A stretch of DNA of 59,791 nucleotides, counting the filler. It is 7 parts of 7 records of this genome, joined end to end, with 100 filler letters (N's around TTAATTAATTAA, not from the genome) between each part and the next. Parts side by side here need not be neighbours in the genome. Positions count along the whole stretch, not along the records: positions 48,348 to 54,297 come from SRR31156797_51441; positions 54,398 to 59,791 come from SRR31156797_51455; 5 more parts are not named here. One strand, given 5' to 3'. Below, piece after piece: positions 49,193 through 57,637 of the stretch. Both the position numbers and the translations under genes were made by a program. Numbering within the stretch: the stretch's first letter is position 1; each line of letters opens with the position of its first letter. The notes under the pieces were generated by a model. The model was not told where the DNA came from. It searched no databases and saw only the letters and a program-made list of their open reading frames with translations.

Positions 49193-49328
49193 AAAACCTT
49201 CCTTTTCGAGCCGGATGGAAAAATCTTTAAGAATCAGATAGTTATAGGATCGTAGTTTAGAACAAAGTTTTTGTGATGAATTGGGTATATGGTTTTGAAT
49301 TTACAGCTTTTTGTCGTTTTTGTCGCCC
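49193..49328 (+). promoter_or_regulatory. CRISPR leader (136 nt, AT-rich) with IHF-like site
   Basis: Lies between the cas6f stop and the repeat; AATCAGATAGTTA at 49232-49244 fits the IHF consensus WATCARNNNNTTR. Confidence 0.75.
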
Positions 49329-49356
49329 GTTATCCGCCGCACAGGCGGTTTAGAAA
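49329..49356 (+). CRISPR. Single type I-F CRISPR repeat GTTATCCGCCGCACAGGCGGTTTAGAAA (no second repeat seen)
   Basis: 28 nt, GTT start, TTAGAAA end, 5-bp stem CCGCC/GGCGG with 5-nt loop GCACA in the canonical Csy4 substrate position. Confidence 0.88.
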
Positions 49357-49358
49357 TT

Positions 49359-52220
49359 TTAGAGGCATTGGGCCATGATTTCAACGGGATGAATAACTGG
49401 GCTGTTCCAGAAGGCCTGCATCTGCATGGTGCAGGTGGGGCAGTCGGTTGCACCTGTATCCGCATTGGAGCTGTTTAGTTTTTGGATGAGATCGGAGCCT
49501 ATTTTTTGGCTTAGGTCAAAGTTCTTGGCCATCATGCCCCAGGTGCCGGCCATGCCGCAGCAGTGGCATTCCAGGGGATTTACCTCGATGCCGGGGAGGG
49601 CCTTGAGCATTTCAATGGAGCTTGTAGCCTCCTGCTGTACCTTGAGGTGACAGGGGGTGTGATAGACGATTTTGCGGTTGTTTTTCTTTAGAGGCTGTTG
49701 ATTTATATGAGTTTGGATGAGGCTTGTGCCGTGGATGGTTTTATCCGCCACTTCCCGGACCAGGCTGGTCTGGTTGAGGTACTGCCATTTGCTCTTCAGG
49801 GCAAGGCCGCAGGTGGAGCAGGTCACGGCAATGTGGTCCACCCTTTTTACTATATTCCCCCACTGTTTCAGGTTCTTTTCGATGGATGCCGAGGCTTTGT
49901 CCGTCATTCCTTTGGAGAGCATGGGGAGGCCGCAACAGCGGGCGGTCGGGACATATACGTTCATTCCCAGGGCTGAGAGAACTTTGATGAATGCCATGGC
50001 TGTTTCGGGTCTGATCCAGCTTGCGTAACAGCCTGGAAAATAGAGCACCTTTTTGCCCTGGGGCTGTTTTTTGGCTGGCAGGATGGTGAATGCCTTGGCG
50101 GTTTTCTTTATTTCTTGTGGGGCCTGGTCGCCCAGCCTTTTTTTAAGGGGCTCTTTTGCAAAGAGGACCAATGGCCGTCGGGAGGAGATTCCCAGGAGTT
50201 TTTCTCCCGCCTGCTTGAAAAAGGAATTGTCCGCCATGGGAATCACCAGGTGGGAGATACCGTGGGTTAGGCGTGCGGCCGTGTCCGCCGAGGTGAGGAG
50301 GCGGTCCGTGAGGCCGGGGCCGAACTTTCTGGCGTAATCCGCCTTGGCCGCCATGACCATCCTGGGGATGTTCACCTGGGAGGGGCATTCATTGTGGCAG
50401 CTGCCGCAGTTGATGCAGTGGTTGAGCACATGGAACAGGCCGTCGGCATAGGCTTGTTTTTCTTCGATGGCGCCGCTGATCAGGGCCCTTAGGATGTTGG
50501 CCTTGGCCTTGGGGGCGGCGGCTTCGTCCCGGGTGGCCTTGTAGACCGGGCACATGCGTGTGGCGTGGGTGACGGTGGTGCATTTGGAGCAGCCGTGGCA
50601 CTTTTCCACCTCGGTCAGGAAGCTGTTGTTTTGAAATACCGGGCTCTGGTAGAAGTTTTTTGCCTGGTACTCTGGCCCGTATCTCAGGGAACGGGTGAAG
50701 CCGTCTTTGGCTTCGCCGGTGATGATATCGGGGTTGAGCAGGTTGTCCGGGTCCAGGATCTGCTTGGTTTTTTGGAACAGCTCAAATATGTCCGGGTACT
50801 GGGCGCGGATGTAGGGGCTTCTCAAGCGACCGTCCCCGTGCTCCCCGGAGATAGCGCCGCCAAGGGAGTTCACAAGCCGGAACACGCCGTCGGCAATGGG
50901 TTGCAGGAGATCGACATCCTGCTTGTCCTTGAGGTTGAGCATGGGGCGGGTGTGCATCAGCCCCTTGGAGATGTGGCCGAAGAGCACGAAGTTGACCCCG
51001 AGGTCCCCCAGGAGTTTGTAGAGCCCCTGGAAATATTCCACCAGCCGGTCCACGGGCACGGCGGCGTCCTCGATGAGGGCCAGCACCTTTTTTTCGCCCT
51101 TGAGCCTGTATAGGATGGGGACGGCGGCCTTGCGGATGGCCCAGAAACGGGCCTGCTCCTCCCTGGATACCGCGAGGTTCAGGGTGTCGGACCAGTTGTT
51201 CTCCCGGATCAGGCTTTTTGCTTTTTGGGCTTTTTCCAGGCAGGCCTCGGGGGTGTGCTCGTCAAACCCGATGAGAAGCAGGTTGTCTATATCCTTTGGC
51301 ATGGCCGCGTCCAGGGCGGGATCGTTCTTCCTTGCCAGGCCCAGGAGGGATTTGTCCATCACCTCGATGCCGCAGGGATTCAGGGGAAGGATTTTTTCTA
51401 CAGCCCTGGTGGATGAGACCATGTCCTTGAAATAGGCCACCACCAGGCTGTCGTGGGCGGGTTTTTCAATGAGCTTGAATTTCAGGCGGGTGATGATGCC
51501 CAGGGTGCCTTCGGCGCCCGCAAAGAGTTTCCTCAGGTCAAGGCGGCCGTTGGTGACAAGTTTCCTGAGATTATAGCCGGTGCTGTTGAACCGCACCGGC
51601 GGATAGGCGTTTTCGATCCGGTCGGCGTTGTTTTGGTACAGGTCGAACAGGGGGCGCAGGGGGGCGGGCAGCCGGGATTTATCCCGGGACATGAGCTCCG
51701 ACAGGGTGATGGGGCTGCCGTCGGCAAGGACCATGTCGGCATCCAGGCAATAGTCGCCCACATTGCCGTACTTGACCGAGTGGGCGCCGCTGGCGTTGGT
51801 GTTGTACATGCCGCCGAAGCTTGCGTACTCACCGCTGGAGGGGTCCGGGGGAAAGAAGAGGCCGGAGTCCTTGAGGGCCTCGTCCAGCTCTCCCATGCGG
51901 AAGCCCGGCTCGCACTCAAAGCAGTGGCCGTCAAGGTCCAGGCGGAGGAGCCGGTTCATGTGTTTGGTGAAGTCCACGACAATGCCCCGGCCCAGGGCGG
52001 AACCGCATACGCCGCTGCCGGTTCCCCTGGCGTGGACACTGAGGTTGTGCTTCCTTGCAAATGAGAGGATCTCGATCACATCATCCCGGTCCGCGGGATA
52101 GACCACGCATTCGGGTAGAAACTTGAAGATGCTGGCGTCCGTGGCAAGCATGTGACGCCTGAAAAAATCCTGGTGAATTTCTCCCTTTAACCTGCCTGCA
52201 AAGGAATCAAAATCGGCCAT
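49359..52220 (-). CDS. FAD-binding and Fe-S oxidoreductase (GlcD-GlcF fusion; D-lactate/glycolate dehydrogenase-like)
   Basis: RGTGSG, PDPSS, GAEGTLG, GEHGDG, CHGCSKC, CINCGSC..CP, two CCG domains; likely ATG 52220. Confidence 0.92.
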   Translation of the reverse strand: MADFDSFAGRLKGEIHQDFFRRHMLATDASIFKFLPECVVYPADRDDVIEILSFARKHNLSVHARGTGSGVCGSALGRGIVVDFTKHMNRLLRLDLDGHCFECEPGFRMGELDEALKDSGLFFPPDPSSGEYASFGGMYNTNASGAHSVKYGNVGDYCLDADMVLADGSPITLSELMSRDKSRLPAPLRPLFDLYQNNADRIENAYPPVRFNSTGYNLRKLVTNGRLDLRKLFAGAEGTLGIITRLKFKLIEKPAHDSLVVAYFKDMVSSTRAVEKILPLNPCGIEVMDKSLLGLARKNDPALDAAMPKDIDNLLLIGFDEHTPEACLEKAQKAKSLIRENNWSDTLNLAVSREEQARFWAIRKAAVPILYRLKGEKKVLALIEDAAVPVDRLVEYFQGLYKLLGDLGVNFVLFGHISKGLMHTRPMLNLKDKQDVDLLQPIADGVFRLVNSLGGAISGEHGDGRLRSPYIRAQYPDIFELFQKTKQILDPDNLLNPDIITGEAKDGFTRSLRYGPEYQAKNFYQSPVFQNNSFLTEVEKCHGCSKCTTVTHATRMCPVYKATRDEAAAPKAKANILRALISGAIEEKQAYADGLFHVLNHCINCGSCHNECPSQVNIPRMVMAAKADYARKFGPGLTDRLLTSADTAARLTHGISHLVIPMADNSFFKQAGEKLLGISSRRPLVLFAKEPLKKRLGDQAPQEIKKTAKAFTILPAKKQPQGKKVLYFPGCYASWIRPETAMAFIKVLSALGMNVYVPTARCCGLPMLSKGMTDKASASIEKNLKQWGNIVKRVDHIAVTCSTCGLALKSKWQYLNQTSLVREVADKTIHGTSLIQTHINQQPLKKNNRKIVYHTPCHLKVQQEATSSIEMLKALPGIEVNPLECHCCGMAGTWGMMAKNFDLSQKIGSDLIQKLNSSNADTGATDCPTCTMQMQAFWNSPVIHPVEIMAQCL

Positions 52221-52920
52221 TGTTCTTTGTTGCCTTCCTGAGAGTGTAATTGAGATGGTCTGCCATGGCGGCGGATGCCTCATCGGGATTTCTTTCCGCA
52301 ATGGCCTTGACGATGCGGCGGTGCTGACGGGTCAGTTCCTCCTTGAGCGCCGGGTCTTTTTTACGGTCTGCATAGACCTTTTGGGTGACGGTGGAAAGCC
52401 AGGTCAGAATGGAACCCATCATATGGATGAGAAAGGGGTTGTGGGTTGCCGAGGTGATCCGGCTGTGGAGCTTGACATTGAGTTCATGCCCCATTTTCCC
52501 TGCTGTATGGTTCTCCATCTCACCTATGACTTTTTGGAGCGCCTCGATTTCTTCATCGGTGGCCCGGGTGGCCGCGGTGGACGCGGCCCAGGTCTCCAGG
52601 ACGATACGGATTTCCATGAGGCCCGCCAGGAAATCCTTTTCCCCGGTCATCTCTTCCATGTAGTCCTGGATGGGGGCCTGGGTGACCGATTTCACAAAGG
52701 TGCCGTCCCCCCGTTTCTGTTCCACAAATCCGAGGCATTCCAGTTTCAGGATCGCTTCCCTTACGGAGGAGCGGCTCACATTGAAAAGGCTCGTCAGCTC
52801 CATCTCCGGGGGGATTTTCTGGCCGGGAAGAAGTTTGCCGGTGATGATGAGGGTCTTGATCTGTTCAAAGACCTTGTCACTGACCTTTTTCTGGGGAATC
52901 TTTTTAAAAAGACGTTCCAT
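52207..52920 (-). CDS. FadR/GntR family regulator
   Basis: LLPGQKIPPE..FNVSRSSVREA..RGDGTFV; FCD-type C-terminus. Confidence 0.93.
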   Translation of the reverse strand: MERLFKKIPQKKVSDKVFEQIKTLIITGKLLPGQKIPPEMELTSLFNVSRSSVREAILKLECLGFVEQKRGDGTFVKSVTQAPIQDYMEEMTGEKDFLAGLMEIRIVLETWAASTAATRATDEEIEALQKVIGEMENHTAGKMGHELNVKLHSRITSATHNPFLIHMMGSILTWLSTVTQKVYADRKKDPALKEELTRQHRRIVKAIAERNPDEASAAMADHLNYTLRKATKNNGRF

Positions 52921-52925
52921 GGGCG

Positions 52926-54297
52926 CTACTCCGTTTGCTGTTCAGGGGCGGTCTTTACCTGTATGAGGTAAAGGGCGATGAAGAGCACGGCCCCGCCGGC
53001 GTGGAGATGGATTTGAGGCCACAGGAACAGGATCGCCGAGATCAGATAGGCCACCCTGAAAGCCCAGTTCAGGTGTGTCTTGTGGTAGCCCTCGAAAAAT
53101 ACGGCAAAAGAGAAGAGACCGAACAGCCCGCTGATGGCGGTCTCCGCCACAAGCAAGGCCGATCCCTCAAAGAGGAGGGGGGTGTAGACAAACAAAAGGG
53201 GAATGATGTAAAGGCCCTTGGCAAGCTTCCAGGATTCAAATCCCGTGGCCAGGGGCGGGCTGCCGGAGATGCCCGCCGCGGAATAGGCCGCAAGGCAGAC
53301 CGGCGGGGTGACGTTGGCATCCTGGGAATACCAGAAGATGAGCATGTGGGCGCCGATCAGGGACGCTCCCAGCATCTCCAGGGACGGGGCCGCCAGCACC
53401 GCCAGAACGATGTAGGAGGCCGTCACCGGCAGGCCCATGCCCAGCACAAGGGAGGCAAGGGCGATGAGAACGATGGTGACCATGAGGCTGCCCCCGGCGA
53501 TGGAGGAGATCATGATGGAAAACTTGATGCCCGCGCCCACCATGAGCACAACGCCGATGACAATGCCTGAACACAGGAGGATGACACCCGTGGTGACCAT
53601 GCCCCTGGCCCCTTCGGCGAATGCGTCCAGGATATCCTTGGGGTACATGCGGGTCTTTTTGTTGAGCCAGCTGGCCGCGACAATGGCGGCGATGCCGGCG
53701 CAGGCGGAATAGGTGGGGGTGAACCCGGTCATCAGCAGGCCGATGAGAACCCCGATGGGGATGAAGAAATTCCATCCCTCCCTGAGCACTTCCCTGACGG
53801 TGGGGATCTCATGGTCTTCCATGGGTTGCAGCCCGAGCTTCTTGGCCCGCAGGTGGACGAAAAACACCACGCTCATGAAATACATGACGGCCGGAATGAT
53901 GGCCACGCCCACTATGGTCAGGTAGGGAATCTGGGTCCACTGGCTCATGATGAATGCGCCGGCGCCCATGATGGGGGGCATGAGCTGGCCGCCGGTGGAG
54001 GCCGCGGCTTCAACGGCCCCTGCAAACTTGGGGCCGAATCCCACCCGCTTCATCAGGGGAATGGTGATGGAGCCCGTCCCGACGGTGTTGGCAACGGCGC
54101 TGCCCGAGATGGAGCCCATGAGGCCGCTGGCAAATACCGCCATCTTGGCAGGTCCCCCGATCATCCTGCCCATGACCGCGATGGAGAGGCGGATGATGAA
54201 ATCCCCGGCGCCGGACTTGAGAAGAAAGGCTGCAAACAGCACAAACAGGAACACAAAGGTGGAGGATATGGTGGCGATGGTGCCGAAGATGCCGTCC
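52926..54297 (-). CDS. TRAP transporter fused permease (4TM/12TM), 5' truncated
   Basis: GGPAK..GSISGSAVAN, EAAASTGGQLMPPIMGAGAF, LGMGLP, TPPV. Confidence 0.93.
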
Positions 54298-54397
54298 NNN
54301 NNNNNNNNNNNNNNNNNNNNNNNNNNNNNNNNNNNNNNNNNTTAATTAATTAANNNNNNNNNNNNNNNNNNNNNNNNNNNNNNNNNNNNNNNNNNNN
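54298..54397. other. Artificial contig linker
   Basis: N-TTAATTAATTAA-N. Confidence 0.99.
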
Positions 54398-54399
54398 AT

Positions 54400-54894
54400 G
54401 CAATTCTTGATATTGAAATTGTTGATGTTGTTCCTCCGGAACCATCCTGGCTCGCAAGTGTTATACGCAGAATTGAGAAAAGTGGTATATTTGGTGACCT
54501 TAGTATTAAATTCTCAGAGAATCTGACCGATCTCAGGCAATTTGAAGGAGAAAATACCGTTTATCCATGTTCATCATCAGGGCTTAAAGGAAAATGTCTT
54601 GATTGCGATATAATTGAAGAAGACGGTTCATTACTGATTGGCTGTGAGATTTCAAAAGACCTGTTTGAATCAAGGTTCCCGGGAATTGAGTATTCCTTTG
54701 TGAACATCTGCCCGTTTAAATCAGATATATTCAAACCTTCAAAACCATTTATTACACGTTGCTGCCGTTCAGAGAAGTCAGGAATTGTAACTATTAATGG
54801 CATTCGTGGGGCAGTGGTCCATTGGGGCGCATCAGAATTTGATGTTGCTAAAGCCGTGTGGGACCTTGTTTCCGAAATAAGACAGAATAAGTAA
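54400..54894 (+). CDS. Cys-rich archaeal hypothetical protein, C-terminal part
   Basis: Frame open from the contig edge (165 codons): DVVPPEPS..YPC..LIGCEIS..NICP..CCR..VVHWGA. Confidence 0.75.
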   Translation, partial: AILDIEIVDVVPPEPSWLASVIRRIEKSGIFGDLSIKFSENLTDLRQFEGENTVYPCSSSGLKGKCLDCDIIEEDGSLLIGCEISKDLFESRFPGIEYSFVNICPFKSDIFKPSKPFITRCCRSEKSGIVTINGIRGAVVHWGASEFDVAKAVWDLVSEIRQNK

Positions 54895-54934
54895 TTGTAA
54901 GGAAGTACAGAGAAGATAATTGAGAGGGACTTTC

Positions 54935-55933
54935 ATGAAGCTTGCAATTGTGGAAGGCGACGGGGTTGGAAAAGAAGTAATTCCCGCTGCAATAGAGATA
55001 CTTGATTCACTTAATCTTGATGTTGAAAAGATACCCATAGAACTGGGATATGGTAAATGGGAAAGAACCGGCACTGCAATCACCGATGATGACATAGCTG
55101 ATCTCAAAGAATGTGACTGTGTGCTCTTTGGAGCAATAACAACGCCGCCAGACCCTGATTATAAGAGTGTTCTCCTGACAATACGCAAAGAACTGGACAT
55201 GTATGCAAACATCCGTCCAATAAGACCCCTGCATTCGATAAAGGGCATACATGAACGCAAGGATTTCAATTTTATCATTGTGAGGGAAAATACCGAAGGA
55301 CTGTATTCAGGTATTGAAGAGATAGGACCTGAAATCTCAACAACAAAAAGAGTTGTTACAAGAAAAGGGTCAAAGAGGATTGCAGACTATGCTTGTAAAC
55401 TTGCAAGCAGCAGGATGAACAAACTTACAATCGTTCATAAATCCAATGTGATGAAGGCTGACAAACTTTTCCTCGATGTTTGCCAGCAGACAGCAACTGA
55501 TTCAGGGGTGGTTCACCTGAATGAACTTGTAGACTCCTTTGCCTACAACCTTATAACTTCGCCCTGGAATTACGATGTAATCGTAACAACAAACCTTTTC
55601 GGGGACATTTTGAGTGATATGTCAGGTGCTCTTGTTGGAGGACTTGGTCTTCTTCCAAGTGCCAACATTGGAGATAAATATGCATTTTTTGAGCCTGTAC
55701 ATGGAAGCGCCCCTGATATAGCCGGAAAGAATAGAGCAAATCCTCTTGCTGCGATATTAAGCCTGAAAATGCTCCTTGAATGGCATGGAGACATTGCTGA
55801 AGCTTTAATTGTGGAAGAAGCCATCGATTCTGCGCTAAATATGGGAATATGCACCCCTGACCTTGGCGGTAAGCATACTACATCACAAGTTGGCAGTGTT
55901 ATCGCAGAATACATCAAAATAAGGATGGACTAA
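54935..55933 (+). CDS. Isocitrate/isopropylmalate dehydrogenase family protein (LeuB/AksF-like)
   Basis: GDGVGKEV, RENTEGLY, HKSNV, NLFGDILSD, FEPVHGSAPDIAGK. Confidence 0.93.
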   Translation: MKLAIVEGDGVGKEVIPAAIEILDSLNLDVEKIPIELGYGKWERTGTAITDDDIADLKECDCVLFGAITTPPDPDYKSVLLTIRKELDMYANIRPIRPLHSIKGIHERKDFNFIIVRENTEGLYSGIEEIGPEISTTKRVVTRKGSKRIADYACKLASSRMNKLTIVHKSNVMKADKLFLDVCQQTATDSGVVHLNELVDSFAYNLITSPWNYDVIVTTNLFGDILSDMSGALVGGLGLLPSANIGDKYAFFEPVHGSAPDIAGKNRANPLAAILSLKMLLEWHGDIAEALIVEEAIDSALNMGICTPDLGGKHTTSQVGSVIAEYIKIRMD

Positions 55934-55972
55934 GAAATCATTTTGATCTTTACCATCTCTTTTTTTCTCATC

Positions 55973-57637
55973 CTAAGATATTCCCAGCAACGACGATACA
56001 CCGGCCATGGTGACAACTGCACTGGCACCTGAGATCCATACCATTATGACAAAGTCAGTAGTAGCACTCAGCATGTGCCCTCCATCCACGATCCTGATCA
56101 TGAGAGCAGACAGCAGGGAGTGACCAACCATAATAAACAAAACCATATGGGAAAGAGTATCTATACCACCTACATTTGTGTACAACACCATTCCCATGGA
56201 CATGCCCGGAGGCATTTCCACAGCAGAGAACATATCCTGCATGAGTCCAACTACACCAAGTGAAATATACATGGTAAAACCGATACCACCTGTCAAACCG
56301 TAAAGTACACCAACAAGACTACCTGCTGATTGGGTCCTCTTTTTCCTGAGGGTGACAATCCTATGGAAGTTGGTTGCTATAATATCACCAATAACCTCGG
56401 GTTGTCCACCAAGATTAGTTGCCTGTACGAACATTCCGGAAAAGCGCTGGATCAGATTGCTTCCTGTGTTGGATGCAAAATAGTCCCATGAACTGAATTT
56501 ATCAATCCTTGTGACAAGCATCTTATAAAGATTATTCACATCTCTTGTAAGGGGTCCAAAGTCGTGTGCTCTTAAAGCCTTAAGCGCATCATCAATGACA
56601 CCACCCCTTGCACCGGCAGAGCTTCCAAGGGAACGGATGAATGCAGGAAAGTTCTCATCTTTCCTCCTAATACTTTTCTCTATTTTCCTTGAGATATGGC
56701 CTGTATAAACAAGTGGAGTAATGACCATTGCAACTGCAATCGATGTTTCGATTTTCCCATAGAGTACTACAGCAATGAATACAATTATGCAACCTAGTAT
56801 TGAAACAGGGATGGATCGATATAATTTTAGTTTATCCTCAGTGACATTATTAGAAGTACTCCATGCAGGGTCCTTTGGTACCTTGCTCTTTGTGAACATT
56901 ACCATAACAAGATCGGTTACAAGGAAGACAACCACAACAACACCCATAAGTAATTCTGCATTCATACCCGTGATAACAGGCATGATAACAGCAAATGATG
57001 CCATGAATATCAGGGACATTATAAGGGATACGAATAATTCCTTGATGACCTCAACACCATAAAGAGCACCGTTATACATTGACTCATATTCGTTCATTAC
57101 AACGTTCTGTTCTGCAAAAAGGAATGTTTTAACGTCCTCACCGGACTGCAATGCATGGGCAAACCTGTCAAGAAAGTCCTCGAATATGATCGAGGGAGTC
57201 CTTTTTGATGTGAACCTGCACGCCTCAGCAAGACTCATATGCCATACGGTAACAAGATCATAGATCTTTTTTGTTTCCTCAGCAAGTTCCTGATAGTCCT
57301 CATTTTCAGAAACAATTCGAACTATATCAATCCTTGGGGTTTCTGCTGTGGCAATAGACCCCATCTGGGTAATATAATAGTGCATGTTGTTGTCTATACG
57401 GGATGCTTTGGCAGCAAGAATGGAAAGAGGATAGGACATTGCAAAGACGATACACACAATGGGTATGAATGTCGGGATATACTTTGTCGTACCTGTGAAA
57501 AGATCCCCGAAAAATAATGAAAAAACACCACCGAGCAAAAAACCAAATGCTATGATAGGTATGGCAAATTTCTTGGCATAGGCTTTGGGTTCCATGCCTA
57601 AATTCTTGAATGCCTTCTCATAGCTCATAAAACTCAC
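55973..57637 (-). CDS. flaJ: Archaellum membrane platform protein FlaJ/ArlJ
   Basis: Multi-TM T2SS-F-like protein, FLDRFA, FPAFIRSLG; follows flaI. Confidence 0.92.
   Translation of the reverse strand: MSFMSYEKAFKNLGMEPKAYAKKFAIPIIAFGFLLGGVFSLFFGDLFTGTTKYIPTFIPIVCIVFAMSYPLSILAAKASRIDNNMHYYITQMGSIATAETPRIDIVRIVSENEDYQELAEETKKIYDLVTVWHMSLAEACRFTSKRTPSIIFEDFLDRFAHALQSGEDVKTFLFAEQNVVMNEYESMYNGALYGVEVIKELFVSLIMSLIFMASFAVIMPVITGMNAELLMGVVVVVFLVTDLVMVMFTKSKVPKDPAWSTSNNVTEDKLKLYRSIPVSILGCIIVFIAVVLYGKIETSIAVAMVITPLVYTGHISRKIEKSIRRKDENFPAFIRSLGSSAGARGGVIDDALKALRAHDFGPLTRDVNNLYKMLVTRIDKFSSWDYFASNTGSNLIQRFSGMFVQATNLGGQPEVIGDIIATNFHRIVTLRKKRTQSAGSLVGVLYGLTGGIGFTMYISLGVVGLMQDMFSAVEMPPGMSMGMVLYTNVGGIDTLSHMVLFIMVGHSLLSALMIRIVDGGHMLSATTDFVIMVWISGASAVVTMAGVSSLLGIS

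Noticed and set aside
49300-49330. TGTCG repeats as a Tn7-like end
   Set aside because: Too short, no array of TnsB-site-length repeats, and they lie inside the leader.
47375-49356. DUF262 plus CRISPR-Cas as one defence island
   Set aside because: They are separated by the artificial linker at 48248-48347 and lie on different contigs.
49329-49356. Hairpin as a simple terminator of the oxidoreductase
   Set aside because: No U-tract follows on the minus strand; length, GTT/GAAA ends and position after cas6f fit an I-F repeat better.
49357-49388. Sequence after the repeat as a classical CAST homing spacer
   Set aside because: Its orientation points into the oxidoreductase, so insertion about 50 bp beyond it would disrupt the gene, unlike typical homing sites; no transposon end is visible.
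49389-49416. Possible atypical second repeat 32 nt after the first (ATGAATAACTGGGCTGTTCCAGAAGGCC, with a CTGG/CCAG hairpin)
   Set aside because: The stem is offset from the Cas6f register, identity to the repeat is low, and the sequence encodes the normal oxidoreductase C-terminus; probably chance.
1118-54353. Many long antisense or alternate-frame ORFs (e.g. 3523..5232, 8586..9803, 15349..16470, 33282..34589, 34888..36129)
   Set aside because: Shadow ORFs of GC-rich genes that have clear family motifs on the opposite strand or frame.
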